This document shows positions 11,699 to 24,660 of a stretch of DNA of 64,000 nucleotides, in pieces. The DNA comes from Paecilomyces variotii (lineage: Eukaryota). The position numbers and the translations under genes were made by a program. The notes below the pieces were generated by a model. That model searched no databases. It had not been told where the DNA came from and saw nothing but the letters and a program-made list of their open reading frames with translations. Numbering within the stretch: position 1 is the stretch's first letter; every line of letters begins with the position of its first letter. Location of the stretch: the NCBI GenBank assembly GCA_004022145.1, contig RCNU01000005.1. One strand, 5' to 3'.

Positions 11699-14600
11699 TT
11701 ACCAGAAACTGCACCATCCGATCCAGTGTTGACAGATATTCTCCACACTGGTCGCTTGGGCCAGAAGTTTGTCAACCTGATCGCTCACATTAAGCTCTTC
11801 GGTTGGCTTGAAGTCTCTGCCAGTCAACTTCTCTTTGACTCTGGCAAGTACCTGCAGCGCACGCGCATTCTGGGCCTCGCGCGCTTCGTTGGGGACGCCT
11901 TGCTGAGCGTCGAGGATACCTCCTTCGAGGATAGAAGGCCGGCGATGACGGGAGAAGTTGCTTGGTTGCATGCCTTGTTCGAGGTTGATGTCTTCGATGA
12001 CAGATTGCCGGCGGTCCGCTGCGAAAGACGTACGATCGGGTGACTCGTTGGTTCCCAAGCGCCAGTTGATCAACGGATCGTGGATGAACTATTAACGATA
12101 TCAGCTCCGCTCTCTCTTTTCCTAATGACAGGTCATAACTTACAGCTTCAAGAACAGCCATCAACGAATCCTTGTTTTCTCTAATCACGCGCATGACAGC
12201 CTCACAAGTGATCCGGTAGCTACCTTCGATGTTGCTAACCTCCATCGCGAAGGTCAACATACGCGTGAGACGGAAAGGAACCCTTTCTGGGTATTTCTCG
12301 CGGTGCATGGCAATCTCAAAGCAGTCACCGAAATCGATATGGACGATCTTTCCAGTGATACGGTCGAGTAGAAGATTCGAAGGATGGCGATCTCCCAGTC
12401 CAAGAATGTAACCAACCATGGACATGACACCCAGAGATCGCGTGTAATTCGTCCGCCTCTCAAGCCAGGACTCAGAGCTCTTACTCTTGAGCCAGAGCAC
12501 ACGGTACAGATCTTTGCCTGTAGTGTTATCCATAGCGTAACCAAAGACTTCGACCTTTTGCATGAGAGTGAGATTGTCATAGTCAGGGGCCATCTGAAGC
12601 ATGATCCGATGCTCAATATTGAGCAGAATACGGCGGCTCTCACGGTATTCCTTGATGAGAGCATGCAATGTGTCACTGTTCGACACCCATCCCAAAAGAC
12701 CGGAGTTCTGAGACAATGGGATGGCAGGGAATCGTTGCACAGAGAGGTGACGCTTGAAGCACTCGCTATCATTGTCGAGCAGCGTGTTGACAAGACCAAA
12801 GAGCTGCATAACTCGTTCATCCTGCCTGATATCTTCATGGCCCTTCAGAGCGTACATGTAAGAGTTACCATCACTGCCCTTCAGAGTCATCCTGCGTGGC
12901 CTCTTCTTCGTCTGGAGGACATGGAGAACGGGATCAAACTTCATAATCCTAATCACTGGTTTGCCGGGTTGGTACGTTCCAGGAACAGCCAGATCCAGGT
13001 CCGCAGCATCCTTCAACCTTGGGGAAACATATTTCAGGTCGAGAGTGGACAACTGCGGAAGCTGTCGAGCGATTTTCCGGAAAACCGTATAGTAGAGATC
13101 CCATGCCTGGTTCAGGTCGCCAATCTCCTCAGTCTCCCGGTAAAGCATGCAATAATGCCGAGCTTCAGCCAAATCACGGCCGAACGCCTGTGCGAAAGAC
13201 ACCTCTCTGAGAGTCTCGGCACCCTTATCCAGTAGATCATGTAGTGGCTGCAGAGTTGCAAACATTCCCTCCACGTTGTGGTCCCCGAAGTACAGACGAG
13301 ACGCTTCTTCCAGACCTTCGTGCCAGAGTTCGTGCCACAGAACTGCAACACGAATTAGTTCGTGGCTGACAAGGTCTGCCTGTTCAACCAATTTCGCACT
13401 ATGCTGCCGCATGCTGTCCATAATATGGCTCGCGGACTGTGATCGCCGAGCAACATTCGACTTCATTGCGACAGTCAACGGGTAGACGAGAGCTTGCGGG
13501 TGGGCTTTGCCGACTTCAGCTAGGAGGCGATGGACAGCATTGCGTACTCTGATATTTGGCTGATTAATACGAGCAATAAGTTGAGGTGTCACTGCAAGCC
13601 AGGTATCAATGTTGACAGCCGAGAATCCTTCCGTGACCACGCTGTTCACCTCCTGGTCGCCGCCGTGTGTGAACCAGAGCGTGAGCAACCTTAGAGTATC
13701 TTGCAGGGAAGAGGTTGAAGATAAGGAAATAGACCGGAAGAAACCACGTATCGCGGGAATAACATGCTCGTTGATGATGTGACCAGGAACCATCGAGCCA
13801 TCCCGACTTGGCTGGGCAGCCAAGGTGGTGACGACTTCGAAGTTCGCAAGTGCCCAAGCATGCCAGGCCTTGTAAGATTCACGATTGTACTGAGTGGCAG
13901 CCTGATAGGCGTTGAGCACCTCACGGACATGCTCGGCCCTCCAGTCACCCCGTTGGAGTGCAGTTTGCCACTCTCCCTGCTTGAGATAACTCTTTGCCAA
14001 CAACTTCCTCATCTTCGAGATGTCTCCCATACGCTGACGCAGGCTAAGTGCATCAGGGTGATTTGACTCCCCGAGTCCATTGATGCCGTTGGTGCCGTCA
14101 TGGGGGGGATGCGACGCAAGAGCGGAGTTGTACTTTGCAAGTTCTTCGCTGAGATTTGCGGTGAACTCTTTCAGCATCTGAAGAGCCTCCTTCTGGCGGC
14201 CAGTAGCCCAGTTGAACTTCAGGCGAGCATATGTAACCTCTGGCGGTGCCACAATCTCGGTGTGGTTTCCATCTTGAATCACGCTCTCGAGCGATGCCAA
14301 CGAGCGCTCCGCAAGACCCATACGGTTCGACTTGCGACAAAGATTGGCGAATTTGATCCACATATCCAGGTTCTCGCGAGCAGATGTCACCAGCGCTCTG
14401 ACCTTGAGCATTCGTTGCCATACTTCAACGTTCTGTTGACAACCGAGCAGTCGCTTGTTCCACGTCTCACGCATAGCCGCTTGCTTTTCTGGGTCTCCGA
14501 CATTCTGTTTGAAAGTGATGATCTCCTCGAGCTCCGCAAGCATCTGGACGCGAACGACGACGTTGTAAGCTCGGTTATATGACTCTCCTAACAAAGCCGA

Positions 14601-17600
14601 AAGTTCTGTGTCAAGACCGTTGCGAGCTTTTTCAATATACATAGCCGCCTCATCGAACTGGTTGCGGTGCAGTGCCAGGATAGCACCAAAGAATGAGCGA
14701 TCAGGGGACTGTTCTTTCATAACGCCAAGATAGGAGTCCATGAGTTCCCATTGTCCACGACCCCAAGCCGCTGCTGCCGCAAGAGGGGCGATCGCCCTCC
14801 TATGTTCAAGGGATGCCTGATTCCATTTCTCCTGGGCTAGATCGGACAGTACTTTCCACTCTCCAAGGGCATGCAAACAACGCATCTTACCCATGGTGAC
14901 ACCGAAAGAATCGGGATCGATCTTCTCCCTTCTCTTATACGCAGCGAGTGCCTCTTCCCAGCGTTGCAGCTTCTCGAACCAGGTCTCCTTCAGTTCGACA
15001 TCACGATATGCCTGAGCCTTGCGCAGAATGCCAATAGCAGCGTCAGATTGCTGAAGTTGATTATTGATGGTAATCAGTGCCTCGACAGCACCGGAGTTCT
15101 GATCCTGCTCGAATTCTAATTCTTTGTAGTGAAGGGCCTTGGCAAAGGCATGACATTTGCCAGCATATTTTCCGAGAGTCCTGATGTCAATCGGCAGTGC
15201 CTTGTCATCGTGCTCCATGAATTCGGCAAGGTTAAGCAGAATCTGAAGGATTTCCGGCGGGATGTTGGGAGAGGTGAGAGCTCTTTCGATGGAACGGACA
15301 AGTTCCTCCTGGTACTGGTCATAAAGCTCGGTCCAGCAAGAGACAAACGCAGCATTGAAAAGGTCCTTAGCGAGTGGTTGGTAGATTCCTGCCAGACTAG
15401 CACAAGCCCGAAGCGCCGGAGAAGGCGATTCCTTGAGTAGCTCAACACTGAACCGACGAATCCATTCCTGCCAGTCTTCACGGGTCGATTTCTGAGATGC
15501 ATCCCAGGCATTCTTCAGGTGCTGCTGATTCACAAGCATCTTCTTCTGGCCAATCTCGCCATAATTTGTGTCGTCCGTCAGGGCCCCATAGTTGTCGTCA
15601 GGGTTGAGATCCTGGGGAAGAGACTCGCCCTTCTGTAGTTTCGTCACCAGAATCTGATAGTTAATATGGTTGACTTGGTTCTGCTTGATAACTTTGTTGA
15701 TGAGCTGGATATAGTGGCTAAAATCCTGGCCAAGTTGGAAGATAAGAGCACAAATGCAATCCGTTGCAGACTGCCTTAGGGTCCGATCACCGCTAGCAAT
15801 CACACGAGCCAGAGAATGTATCATAAGTGATGCGAAGTCAGAGATATTCACCTGGCGAGAAAGCTTTCCAAGTGTATCGATTGCTGACTTGCGAATGCTT
15901 GGAGGATTCTGTGGCTTGTCGAACAGGCGCACGATCGATGGAACGATGAGGTGCATGTACTCCTCGCCACTTGAGCCAAAGATGAGGAATGTATGGAGTA
16001 TCCTTTCGGAAGGTTGCCGTCGTGAGGTATTATCTTTGTCGAGAGTGTCGAGCATTAAGGGAATAAGGCCAGCCAAGTACTTCTTGAATTCGCCTTCCAA
16101 CGATTTGGCTATGGCTTCCACGAGGGAAAGTATCGTTGCCTGAACCTGATAAGAAGAATCCCAAAATTCACGAATTACTTCAATGATTTCCGGAAGGAAG
16201 GCACGAATATGCTGTCTGACAATATTAACGAGAATCGCCAGTTGGTTGAAATAGGACTCCAGACGACTGGTAGGAGAGCTCCGGATTACGGACAAGAAGC
16301 CTGGAATGATCTGCCCTAGAAAGCCGACACATTTCAAACCTAGCGTCTTGAAGATAGTGACAATAGCGTCGATGACAGCGGAATGGTACTGAGCCAGAGA
16401 GCTCTCCCGCAGAATATTTTGCATCAGAGTGTTGATCACAACAGTCGGGTAATACTCCTCATTCGATGGCGTCAAGCCTGTCATTATGAGGGAGACGTCG
16501 GAGACTGTTTGGATCTCGTTGATATGATGAATGTCCGGTGTTGTTTCACTGATCTGTTGGTATTTGTACGGATCCAGAGCACCAAGAATACCTAGTAATT
16601 TTATCGTCTCCTTTCTAAGAGATCCAGTCTGCTCTGTCTTGATGATATTTATAAGAATAGCAAGGAGATGGGGATATTCCATATAAGGCTCGATGACATA
16701 ACCGGAATTGGTTGCCAACTGCCCAAGTGTTCGGAGAGCAGCTTCACGCTTCGTGTGGGATGACAAATCTTGTAGTGACTCTAGGATGATCGGCATGAGC
16801 TCGGGTAGGTACTGCTTCATCTCGAAGCCGCCCACATTGGAAAGCTCTCCAATAGCTTTGAGTGTAGTAGACGCGACACCAGCATTAGGATCAGTCGTCT
16901 TTGGCAACAGAGACGTGACCATTGGGTCGACATAGGACCGGATGAGTTTCGTGGCATTTGAGACAAAAAGGCTGATCAACTGAGCGCTCTCTTCCTTTTG
17001 GCGAGCGGTGCTTGCAAATCCCAAGCCAGTAAGCAGGTTGACTAGCAATTTCCGCAAAGGTGGGAAGACATAAGCGGGATTGACGCTAGATAGCCGTCCG
17101 ATGATGCTGATAGCTGCCTCTCGGACAGAGAATACTTCATCGTTCACTGCCAAGAACAAGCATCGAATATTCTCAGGCTTAGCGAGATGACGATCAAATT
17201 TGCGGTCTAGTGACCACAGCACAGTCCGCCGGATTTCAGAGTCAGGATCACCGACACCCACCGTCAGTAATTTGTCGATAACTTCGCTGACCACCTGTAT
17301 CGAGTGACTGCTTGTCTGGTTGATAATGGGATCGTGAACGAACAACTGACAACACGTGAGGGCGGACGCCTTTCGGATCTCGGGATTGTCATTCTCGACA
17401 TATCGAATAGCGACGTCGCGCACAAACTCGTTTAATATATGCCCCGAAAAGTCGAAACTTCCAAGGGTATGCAGAGCGAGCGCAATTTCTGCGTCGGAGT
17501 GCGGTTCTTGAGGTAGAAAATCCTTCGCAAAGTTAGGAATGGGTGGAAGTCTGTTCTCTGGGCACCCGAGTGGCCGAAATGGTGTCCCGCAGAGTATGAT

Positions 17601-19023
17601 ACTCAGCATATCAAGCAGCTTTTCTTGGATGGTGGGTTTTATCGGAGGGATGTAGTGAGCCATATCGACAAGTGCCTGTGTAAGGGACTCGCTCAGACCA
17701 CAGGCGAAGACTGGGTCCAGCAATGCCTCCATATACTTGCTGAGGGTCTGTCCAACCGCCAACGACAGCATACTGATACATTCAAACATGGGACCCTCAT
17801 TGACTGCAGCTCTGTTACGCCTACATGGGTTGTCAGATAAGTTCAGCGTCAAGAAGGGAATGGGCAGTCACTTACGCTTTCATAGCAAGACCCTCTCTAA
17901 TGTAGACAATAATCCCGTCCAAGAACGGGGTGATAGCCACACCGACCGCGTTGGCGATCTTTCCGATAGCGATGAAAGCCGGGTTTCGCTCCTTATCCCG
18001 CTTTAGCTGGGCTTGTAGATAGATCATAAACTTGTGAAGATAGTTGTTCGTGAAATCCATAGGGGCGTAAGATGCGAGGATCGGTATCGTAAGGACAACC
18101 TGCGTGCGAATCTTGGGATCACGATGGTCCTTCAGTCGAAGGACAATCTCACAGGCGTTTCTGTAATGTTCATTCATGAACATTGCACCCTTCAAAAGGA
18201 GCTCCTTTAGAATGAGAAGAGATCCATGGATCCAGTCAACGTTGCTGGATTTGAGTCCCTGTAACGACTCCTCGTAGATCCGGGCGAACCAAAGCTGGCG
18301 CACTTGCATGTCTCGTGCAGCTATGATCTCGAAACATTCACTAACTGCTTCGGCGGCTGTCTCTCGAATGAGCACCTTGGGATCCCGCAAGGCAACCCAG
18401 ACGAGTTCGAAAATCTGAGGTACAAATCCATAAAGCAGCGTTGGAGAACCCTTCGCAAGCTCCCGGATTATAAGCACAGCAGCGAAGCGCCTACCCTCCT
18501 GTCTTTCTGACTGGAGCCATTCCAACGCAGACTGTATTTCACTTTCTACCAGCTCTGCTGTCAGAGCCCCACCTGGTTTGGCCAGGCGGCCAAGCGACCT
18601 CGCGGCGTACACCAGGACTGCATTATCGTTGCTACGAAGTGCGCTTCGTAGATAACTGGCAAACCGTGTAGTCTTCTGCGCAGCATCGACACCATCGAAA
18701 TCTATTAGCCGGTCAAGAGCCAGGATACCACCGATCTTCTCATTTGCATCACCGCCTGTAACCACCAGTTGTGCGATACGTTGGCTCACGGCGTTGTAGT
18801 ACTCGAGGAACTTTTCGGGAGGCCACTCTGTTAAAAAAAAGAAAAACAGTTAGCAGCTCCTCTCCCTGGCACTGTATCATTTTAAGACTAATATACCTCT
18901 TGAGACGGCGATGACATTGTCGTAGAGCTCATACGAAGCTCGGACCCGTACCTCCTCATTCTTCGATTTCAACTCTGAGAAGAGCCGTTGTGTAACGTCC
19001 GTGGCCGGACCTGCTTGCGCCAT
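11699..19023 (-). CDS. torA: Serine/threonine kinase TOR (HEAT, FAT, FRB, PI3K-like kinase and FATC domains)
   Basis: ATG 19023 (MAQAGPATDVTQRLF), three short introns (last one 12089-12143). FRB LWHELWHEGLEEASR, kinase LKGHEDIRQDER, GLGDRHPSN and HIDFGD, FATC ENICQHWIGWCSFW*. Confidence 0.99.
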
Positions 19024-20600
19024 TATTGTGAATCACACCCCAGGGCGCACATTGGAGACCAAAGCCCAGGGGAAATGTACACAGTTGACTGTGGACATGA
19101 AAAGATGCTGATGAACGCAGAGATGTGAGGTCAAAGTCGAGATCATGCGCGGTGGTGCACGGACCACTTCTGCATCCATGCCTGGAGCTTGTTGCTTACC
19201 AGCCGCACGGATGGCACCGATGGTCTTAGTTAATGTTCAAAGAAATAATCTGATAGCCTGTATCTTTTGTCTGTGTTTATAGACAAGCTGAAATCCCTTC
19301 TGTTATCACTACGCATTTTATTATCTTCAGGTGCTACCTAGATTGCAAGGCACATTAATTACACCCACATATTTGGCGGGGAAATCACCTCGGGGGAACA
19401 CAGAGAGCTACTAGCAACATCAAGAGCACTACCAACACGTGCCTCATAAGATATGAGGCATTCTTAACATGGATTAATTGTGTGTGTCTCTCAAGTCTGC
19501 ATATATCTTTCAGCATATGATAAGTGCAGCAGACTAAGTTACCACCAAATCTTTACCGAGGCTCGTCTCCTAAGTCATCTATCTAGCAGCCTATGTGTGT
19601 CGCACTTTGCAAGTATTTATCTATCTTCGCTCTATCGCATGGCCGATTCTAGTAGTGTATTAGAAGGAAAGAGATGCTCATTTAAGGCATCGAGCTATGT
19701 TTATATTTCGCGGGAGAGCTCATAAAAAGCCACGAGTCAAACGGATGGAAATATATAATCCAGATATTCGAAAATGCCAGCAACGATTTGTCTTCCAGCA
19801 ACCAATAAGAACAACTATATTTTCAGAAATTAAAAACGAAATCATGCTTACATGGAGTCGCGACTCGCTTGTCGGGAAGATGGCCGACGGCTAAGTACCG
19901 AGGAACTGCCGACTTGAAGTCCGTGGGATTAATCTTGGATCGAAAGCTTAGCACAGAGAAGCCCAATTAATATGCATGTTCTTCTTGGTGTGAATCACGC
20001 AGCATTTTGAGGATATGAGCTTGCGCTTCGCCCTGATTAACTGGATCCTGTTCATTCTTCTGATAGGGTGCACCATGCACGTAATCAATGGGCGTAAGCT
20101 CGCAAGTGACAATTCTGGTTAGACTATTAACTATGGCGTATACTATACACCGCATTCGAGCTTGAGAGAACCTCTAAACCAAGTGATCTCGATCAAAGTT
20201 GATTGGCTTTCTTTCAAGTTTGCAAATTTGAACCAGGGTGTGGCAGGTCAAATATAAACAGCTGAAGGCACAGCTATCGAAAGTGTCTAGTGGCGGCATT
20301 CATTCATTATTCAAGATACATGGAATTGGGGTGATCCCCGGATAAACTGTGAGGGAACCGTGCAGAAATAATAATGGTGCATATGGCGCAATATCAATGG
20401 TCGGTAGTAATTGTGGATCCCGAGGGGAACAGATAAAACTAACGGAGGGGTTCCCTTACAAATCCGAAACTACTACTTAACTATAAAGCAGCCACGGACC
20501 CCTCGTTGTCAAGATATATTGTCGTCTTGATTCAGCTCGAGACCACGGTTCTGCAGATACTAGACCAAGGATATCTTTTGAGACTCAACATACTTGCAAA

Positions 20601-21937
20601 ATGGTGAAGGTCCTCTTAACCGGTAAGACTTCCTACGCTATGGACGTATATAGAACCAGGACTAGCTAACAACATATTACCGTATATTAGGCGGCAGTGG
20701 CTACATAGCTGCGCACGTAATTCAGGTCCTACTTGACCATGGGTATTTGATCCGTTTCCAGTACTTCTGCCGCCAGGCTAATCTCAATCTAGATTCGATA
20801 CGGTGGTGACTGTTCGGTCCGAAGAGAAGGGCAGGCGGATCCTCGACAACCATCCCAACGTTCCGAAGGAGAAGCTGTCATATGTGATTGTTGAGGATGT
20901 TGCGAAGGAAGGCGCATTTGACGAGGTCAGTCTATCACATTCCGGTGCCTTTCTGGTTATACACAGCAAGTTCAAGACCGTTTTCAGGTCTATTCTTCGC
21001 AGGACCAATTAGCGGGCATTGGCGCTCTCAGCGGCATTGGGAGTTCAACAGAAACGACAAGACTAACTGGTCAATAGGCCGTCAAATCAGACCCTCCCTT
21101 CGATTACGTCCTCCATACCGCGTCACCTTTCCACTTCAATGTCCAGGATCCCGAGAAGGACTTCCTCAACCCTGCCATTAAGGGAACTACCGGTATCCTG
21201 AAGGCCATCAAGGCTTATGCACCGACTGTCAAGAGAGTTGTCGTCACCTCATCGTTCGCCGCGATTGTGAACCCTCAACAACATCCCAAAGTATACAATG
21301 AGACGTTCTGGAACCCGATTACGTGGGAAGAGGGATTGCAGCCAAGCAACGTCTACCGCGCTAGTAAAGTGAGTTCTACGCAGTCTTTCAGCTCAAGATA
21401 GTAGGACAGCGGTTGATTATTCTATTCTAGACTTTTGCGGAGAAGGCTGCTTGGGAGTTCGTTGAGAAGGAAAAGCCCAACTTCGATTTGGCGACGATCA
21501 ACCCGCCCTTGGTATTTGGACCTATCGTTCATTACCTCAACTCGCTCGATGCGGTGAACACTTCCAACGCTCGTGTGAGAGATCTGATCCAGGGCAAGTC
21601 CAAGGAAAAGCTGCCGCCCACCGGTACATTCCTCTGGGTAGACGTCCGCGATGTTGCCCTTGCTCATGTCCGAGCCATTGAGGTCGCAGAGGCTGGTGGC
21701 CAGAGGTTCTTCGTCGTCGCTGGCCAGTTTTCGAACAAGCGAATTGCCGATATTATCCACGAGACTCATCCCGAGCTAGATGATAAGTTGCCTCCAAAGG
21801 ACACAGCGGATGACTTCAACCCCGACAACTACCAGGCCGACAACTCCAAGTCCGTTAAGGTCCTGGGTTTGAAATACCGTGATCTGAAGGAGTCCATCTC
21901 GGACACTGTGAAGTCCCTGCTGGCAGTTGGCGCTTAG
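20601..21937 (+). CDS. NAD(P)H-dependent extended SDR, GRE2/dihydroflavonol-reductase-like ketoreductase
   Basis: MVKVLLTG|GSGYIAAHV Rossmann motif split by intron 1; VLHTASPF, VVTSSFAA, catalytic YRASK, INPPLVFGP, WVDVRDVA; four introns. Confidence 0.92.
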
Positions 21938-22237
21938 ATCTGTAGAGCACGCGGGAATCTGTGCATGGCAGCGGCTGTTTTTCTACGAGTATAATATATA
22001 TAGACATCATGAATATGTGTTAATTTTTAAATATGAAGCGCGTCCCTCCATATTTCTAGCCACCACAGTCGAACTCAAGAGCTTCCGATAGATGGGTCTG
22101 ACTAGCGTGTGGTGTTTCTATGGAGTCCCGTAGTGCGCACCTCGTCCGCCTTGGCATCCGAAGTCGACTTTTTCCAAGAGGCTTCACTGCTTCAGGGAGC
22201 TGTGCTCGGAGGATATCGTGTACACCCTCCAGGCACA

Positions 22238-23665
22238 ATGGCAGCTGCAAGGCTATCGCCTACGGCGAACCTGCTACGAAAATCTCGGCTTTTTGCTCTA
22301 CCGCCTGCATTGTCGCCTCCTCAGGATCCGGCAACGTCGAAGACCGTCTTCGAGTCCGATACCGCGACACTTCCGTATCCTATCCGAGCTTCTATCGAAA
22401 CTCCAGCCTCATCGCGCGCCAGAGGAGATTGGGGTCTGAAGCGTCCTCTTCCGGCGAAGGCTACGACTGACAAATCGTCGAGACCGATTGTGCGAGTCAA
22501 GGCGATTGATACATTTGAACATGTTACCGACTTCGAATCCGCTGCGGATCATACAGTGACCCTGGAGAAATTCCAGGAGTTGCATATGCCCATGTCTCTG
22601 CCCGCAAAGATCAATTACGCGAATGCTCTTATCCCAAGACACCAAAGTCCTTTCGAGAACCTGGTCGACAACACTGAGAACAGCGAAAGTCTGAATGAAC
22701 CTGGAGCCAAGCAGTTCCGACACTCGGGACCATGGCTTGCCGGGCAGACCGAGACTGAATTCCAGGCATATCTGCACAGAATTCAGCGAAGGAGACCTGA
22801 GCTGCTGCAGAAGCTCCGGGAGCGTCTAGTCGCGAAGCGAACCAGCGAGCGAAGAAAACAAGCCCAGGACAACGGCGAGGACCTCGAGGGTCTCGATCAG
22901 CCTGTCCAGGTGACAGAGGAGGAGTTCCAGAACTACGTCAAATCTCTTCGATCGGACCCTCTGGCTCTGGGTCCGGTGGTCTTTGAGCTTCTTGACCTTC
23001 CCTCACCACCAGCCGTCCCCAGTGACCGGATCGGCTCCCGATACTATCAGTCCCCGGGGACCAAGTTGTCTTCTCCCGAGTACGCCATCTCCGGTCCTCC
23101 CAAGACCCATCCTTCTGCTGGTCTTTCCTACACGCGATCGCACGCCCTTCTATACAACCACCCGAAGTATGGTCCGCAAACATACCAGCGTCCGGTTGAG
23201 GCCCGTATCCTCCGTCCTAAGGGACGTTTCAAGGGCAGAATGTCGAAGGCCATTGCCGGTATCGGTGGTATTGCAGTTGAGGATCTCAATGCCATGACTT
23301 TCGCCGAACAGAGCGGTCCTCCCGGCTTGAGCTACTTCGATGCCTCAATTCCTGGTGGTGCTAAGTACTGGGTCACTCCAGTGCGAGCCTCCGTGGACTC
23401 TGAGGGCCGGATTGGCCTGGCTTCCTATCGGGCCACCGCTTCCTCCAAGGCGCCGTACGGAATTAGCGACTACAAGAAGCCTTCCCTCACGAGCGTTTCT
23501 GATACGATCCGCGGTGTTGAATCTCGCATGGTCCCTCGCCTGGACCGACTTTCTCCCCGACAGCCCCGTTTCAACGAGAGCGACGAGCCTGTTGCGACGA
23601 AGCAACCAGTTCGAGAGACGGAAGATATTGCTCGGAGCCTTATGAGGACCCTCAGCTCCTCTTAG
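22238..23665 (+). CDS. MRP51: Mitochondrial small ribosomal subunit protein MRP51 (bS1m)-like
   Basis: Intronless; Arg-rich presequence MAAARLSPTANLLRKSRLF; RGDWGLKRPLP, DTFEHVTDFESAADH and THPSAGLSY blocks remembered from fungal MRP51. Confidence 0.8.
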   Translation: MAAARLSPTANLLRKSRLFALPPALSPPQDPATSKTVFESDTATLPYPIRASIETPASSRARGDWGLKRPLPAKATTDKSSRPIVRVKAIDTFEHVTDFESAADHTVTLEKFQELHMPMSLPAKINYANALIPRHQSPFENLVDNTENSESLNEPGAKQFRHSGPWLAGQTETEFQAYLHRIQRRRPELLQKLRERLVAKRTSERRKQAQDNGEDLEGLDQPVQVTEEEFQNYVKSLRSDPLALGPVVFELLDLPSPPAVPSDRIGSRYYQSPGTKLSSPEYAISGPPKTHPSAGLSYTRSHALLYNHPKYGPQTYQRPVEARILRPKGRFKGRMSKAIAGIGGIAVEDLNAMTFAEQSGPPGLSYFDASIPGGAKYWVTPVRASVDSEGRIGLASYRATASSKAPYGISDYKKPSLTSVSDTIRGVESRMVPRLDRLSPRQPRFNESDEPVATKQPVRETEDIARSLMRTLSSS

Positions 23666-23896
23666 TTATCTGATGTGACGATTGCAAGCGGGCGTAGAAT
23701 CACGGGGGGCATATATGGTTGGCTGTACGATAGACGGCAAATGTAAAGCTACTCCTATAAACTATAGTTTCATTCTCCTCTATTTGAATAAATTAAAGCA
23801 TTTTACAGTTACAGACAAATTCCCCTTTGGATCATTGAGATTCTATTTCTGTTATTATTGTCACTCGGATATGGAAGTTCTTGCTTCTGGATGACA

Positions 23897-23936
23897 TCAC
23901 GTGATTTAGGGTCAGTACTCAACCACGTGATTAGGG
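23897..23936 (+). promoter_or_regulatory. Duplicated CACGTGA(T)TTAGGG composite element (Cbf1-type E-box plus Tbf1-type telobox) upstream of RPS17
   Basis: TCACGTGATTTAGGG at 23897-23911 and CACGTGATTAGGG at 23924-23936, 110-150 nt before the RPS17 ATG. Confidence 0.7.
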
Positions 23937-24044
23937 CAACTCACACAAACCGCCAAAAAGCGGCACAACATCTGGACTTTTGAGATCGAGATACAACCAC
24001 ACTCGGACGGCCATCTCCAGTTCCATCCAGCAACAACCGCCAAA

Positions 24045-24660
24045 ATGGGTCGCGTCAGAACCAAGGTCAGTAAATATATCCCTCATGAATAATTTCTCTG
24101 AACGAGAAATTCCAAAACGAGTATACGGACTGACATCGCTTTTTTTTCTCCATCATAGACCGTCAAGAAGTCCGCCAAGGTCATCATTGAGCGTTACTAC
24201 CCCAAGCTCACCCTGGACTTCGAGACCAACAAGCGTCTTTGCGATGAGATCGCCATCATTGCCTCCAAGCGTCTCCGCAACAAGATTGCCGGTTACACCA
24301 CGCACTTGATGAAGCGTATCCAGCGTGGTCCCGTCCGCGGTATCTCCTTCAAGCTCCAGGAGGAGGAGCGTGAGCGCAAGGACCAGTACGTCCCTGAGGT
24401 CTCTGCTCTGGATGTTAGCCAGACCGAGTCCGGCCAGCTCGACGTCGATGCCGACACCAAGGACCTCCTGAAGAGCCTGGGCGTAAGTTTTCACTATCTG
24501 GATTCAATGCAGTGCGCCGGGATGGGCGCGCAGGTCTGGTGGAATAGCATGAACTAACCGGTTCTTCTCTTTACAGTTCGACTCCCTCAAGGTCAACGTT
24601 GTCAACGTTTCCCAGCAGCAGGTCCAGGAGCGCCCTCGCCGCTACGGTGGTGGTCGCTAA
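24045..24660 (+). CDS. RPS17: 40S ribosomal protein S17 (eS17)
   Basis: Exons 24045-24065, 24159-24482, 24577-24660: [33 protein letters not shown]...[38 protein letters not shown]; strong codon bias. Confidence 0.99.

Noticed and set aside
11790-12143. Apparent alternative TOR C-terminus lacking FATC in the 2020-aa ORF
   Set aside because: Read-through of a normal 55-nt GT-AG intron (12089-12143); splicing restores FIHDPLINWRL and the FATC domain.
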